DNA of 44,117 nt from an uncultured Gammaproteobacteria bacterium (GTDB lineage: Bacteria > Patescibacteriota > Patescibacteriia > SG8-24 > DYFX01): NCBI GenBank assembly GCA_964388605.1, contig CAYMBC010000001.1:1-44117 (forward strand). The letters are read 5' to 3'. The notes below the pieces were generated by a model, which searched no databases, had not been told where the DNA came from, and saw only the letters and a list, made by a program, of their open reading frames with translations. Positions 42,701 to 44,117 of this stretch are shown here, piece by piece (the first letter of the stretch is position 1; each line of letters starts with the position of its first letter). Both the position numbers and the translations under genes were made by a program.

Positions 42701-43469
42701 ACTTCGATTCGGTCATCGGCTTCTCCCAGACTCCAATCAGGTGCATTGTCGCAATTCGCGACCTAAAAAACTTCGCGATATCCTGAATAAGGAGCGAAAT
42801 TCGGAAAAATAAGCCGTTGAACGCCAGATAACTAGGATCGGGATTCTCGACCAGCAACACCTCCTTCATCCCCGCATTTGCCAACAGTTTACGGAGATCT
42901 TCCGGAGTGTTCGCGAGATAGTCGGTATGGAAGGTGTCGTCCTCAGTTCGACCATACAGCTTCTTGAGGATGAGTTGATTGAGCTTTCCGCCAACGAGGC
43001 GCTTGCCGAGTAGGATATAGGAAAAAGAATAGGGTGTCTCGAAGAAGAACCTCCCACCGGGTTTCAGCACGCGGCTGATTTCCGAAAAGATCCTGTTAGG
43101 TTGGTGGACGTGTTCGAGTACCCAAAGGCTCGTTACGGCGTCGAAGCTGTTATCAGGAAAGGGGAGTTTCTCTAGGTCGGATACGACGATCTCGTCTGCG
43201 AGGGTGTTGCCGTCCGTAGCTTCTTTAGCGACGTCTACACCGACGATTCTCTTGATAGAATCCCTATTCATTTCAAGAACATAGTTGCTTCTGCCACAAC
43301 CGGCATCGAGGACCGTCATCCCTGGTTTAGCATGCTCCTTGAACAGCTTGGTGAGCAGCATGGTTGAGTCGTCCCAGATGGGATTCAATACCTTATACCG
43401 CTCGCGGTACGATTGCTGCCGTTTCTCTTGCGGTGTCATGTTCTCGTCAAGTTTCAGGTAGCTGGGCAT
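42699..43469 (-). CDS. Class I SAM-dependent methyltransferase (Methyltransf_11-like)
   Basis: Motif I VLDAGCGRSNY and the post-I/II region LPFPDNSFDAVTSLWVLEHV...LKPGGRFFF. Visibly more AT-rich than the rest of the window. Confidence 0.8.
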   Translation of the reverse strand: MPSYLKLDENMTPQEKRQQSYRERYKVLNPIWDDSTMLLTKLFKEHAKPGMTVLDAGCGRSNYVLEMNRDSIKRIVGVDVAKEATDGNTLADEIVVSDLEKLPFPDNSFDAVTSLWVLEHVHQPNRIFSEISRVLKPGGRFFFETPYSFSYILLGKRLVGGKLNQLILKKLYGRTEDDTFHTDYLANTPEDLRKLLANAGMKEVLLVENPDPSYLAFNGLFFRISLLIQDIAKFFRSRIATMHLIGVWEKPMTESK

Positions 43470-43624
43470 GGGAATGTGGATGATGTGATAAAGGTAATCT
43501 AGCTTAAAAAGCCTTCAAGGCCAAGGTTTTTACCTACAGCCCGCCGCCTAGGCTTTACGGTCAGGGTGCGGCATTGATGTCCTACATGCCTCCCATAAGG
43601 GGCTGTAAGGGTAAACACGAGGAT

Positions 43625-44117
43625 ATGGACCCATCTACTAGGGGTGTACCCGTCCGCTACTGCCTGTACGCCCGCAAGTCGAGCGAGCAGGACGAACGCC
43701 AAGCGCTGTCGATCGATGCGCAGGTCAAGGAGATGCTCGAGCTGGCCGAGCGTGAGAAGTTGGAGGTCGTGGCGACGAGACGCGAGAGCCACTCTGCCAA
43801 GGACTCGAACCAGCGGCCGGAATACAACCGACTGATCACGGATATCCGCGCAGGTACGTTCAACGGCATCCTGACATGGGCACCGGACCGCCTCAGCCGC
43901 AACGGCGGTGACCTGGGGGCACTCGTCGACCTCATGGACCAAGGGAAGCTCGTCGAGATTCGGACGCCGAGCCAGCACTTCACCGACTCGCCCAACGAGA
44001 AGTTCCTGCTCATGATCCTGTGCAGTCAGGCGAAGCTCGAGAATGACAACCGAGGTGTCAATGTGAAGCGCGGTCAGAGGGCTAAGGTGCAGCAGGGGTG
44101 GAGGCCCAACATGTCGC
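43625..44117 (+). CDS. Large serine recombinase, N-terminal resolvase-type catalytic domain; 3' end outside the window
   Basis: This ORF is not in the ORF track because it has no stop. My translation is MDPSTRGVPVRYCLYARKSSEQDERQALSIDAQVKEML...ILTWAPDRLSRNGGDLGALVDLMDQGKLVEIRT...LCSQAKLENDNRGVNVKRGQRAKVQQGW. The YARKSS catalytic-Ser context and DRLSRN are typical. In-frame ATGs at 43577 and 43586 are alternative starts. Confidence 0.85.
   Translation, partial: MDPSTRGVPVRYCLYARKSSEQDERQALSIDAQVKEMLELAEREKLEVVATRRESHSAKDSNQRPEYNRLITDIRAGTFNGILTWAPDRLSRNGGDLGALVDLMDQGKLVEIRTPSQHFTDSPNEKFLLMILCSQAKLENDNRGVNVKRGQRAKVQQGWRPNMS

Noticed and set aside
1-44117. Scan for CRISPR arrays, rRNA genes, IS elements with terminal inverted repeats, and toxin-antitoxin pairs.
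   Set aside because: None was seen by eye. No regularly spaced direct repeats, no transposase-like ORF and no small paired ORFs of TA type were found. A computational scan could still find short elements that I missed.

Overview
This is a gene-dense 44.1-kb bacterial window with about 45 genes, mostly on the + strand, many separated by 1-4 nt gaps or overlaps. From 1 to about 31 kb it is mainly housekeeping. It holds a manC/NUDIX/mltG cluster, a UvrD/PcrA helicase, metK, murD and a murE-like gene, an FtsB-like gene, a PpiC isomerase and ftsEX. There are three tRNAs: Lys-UUU, and Gly-CCC and Thr-CGU only 1 nt apart. Mixed in are DUF2207, DUF3048, DUF5658, C39-like and LRR envelope proteins. 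The repertoire looks like a small-genome monoderm, possibly Patescibacteria/CPR-like, but that is inference only. The most interesting block is 31.1-42.1 kb. It runs from a REC-only regulator through PilB and PilC to four prepilin-type genes in GspH/I/J/K-like order. A CHASE sensor with no output domain follows, start/stop-overlapped with a Cache-HAMP-PAS histidine kinase. The second pilin gene is about 631 codons long and is broken by a G9 homopolymer. It ends in a cupredoxin-like module that retains all four type-1 copper ligands (His, Cys, His, Met). Other items worth follow-up are listed here. (1) A 708-aa orphan protein carries a degenerate plus a near-intact metallophosphoesterase motif series behind a structured leader. 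(2) An LpxH-like phosphoesterase is split by a membrane insertion. (3) A translin/TRAX-like protein keeps the catalytic acidic residues. (4) Many start codons sit 6-10 nt after a TGnTAnnnT box, suggesting leaderless mRNAs. (5) A tail-fibre-like repeat protein lies between murD and murE. (6) The right end (42.1-44.1 kb) looks like a mobile-element junction, with a gene remnant, a lower-GC methyltransferase and a partial large serine recombinase. No CRISPR array, rRNA or IS element was seen. All family calls come from motif reading by eye; no searches were run.
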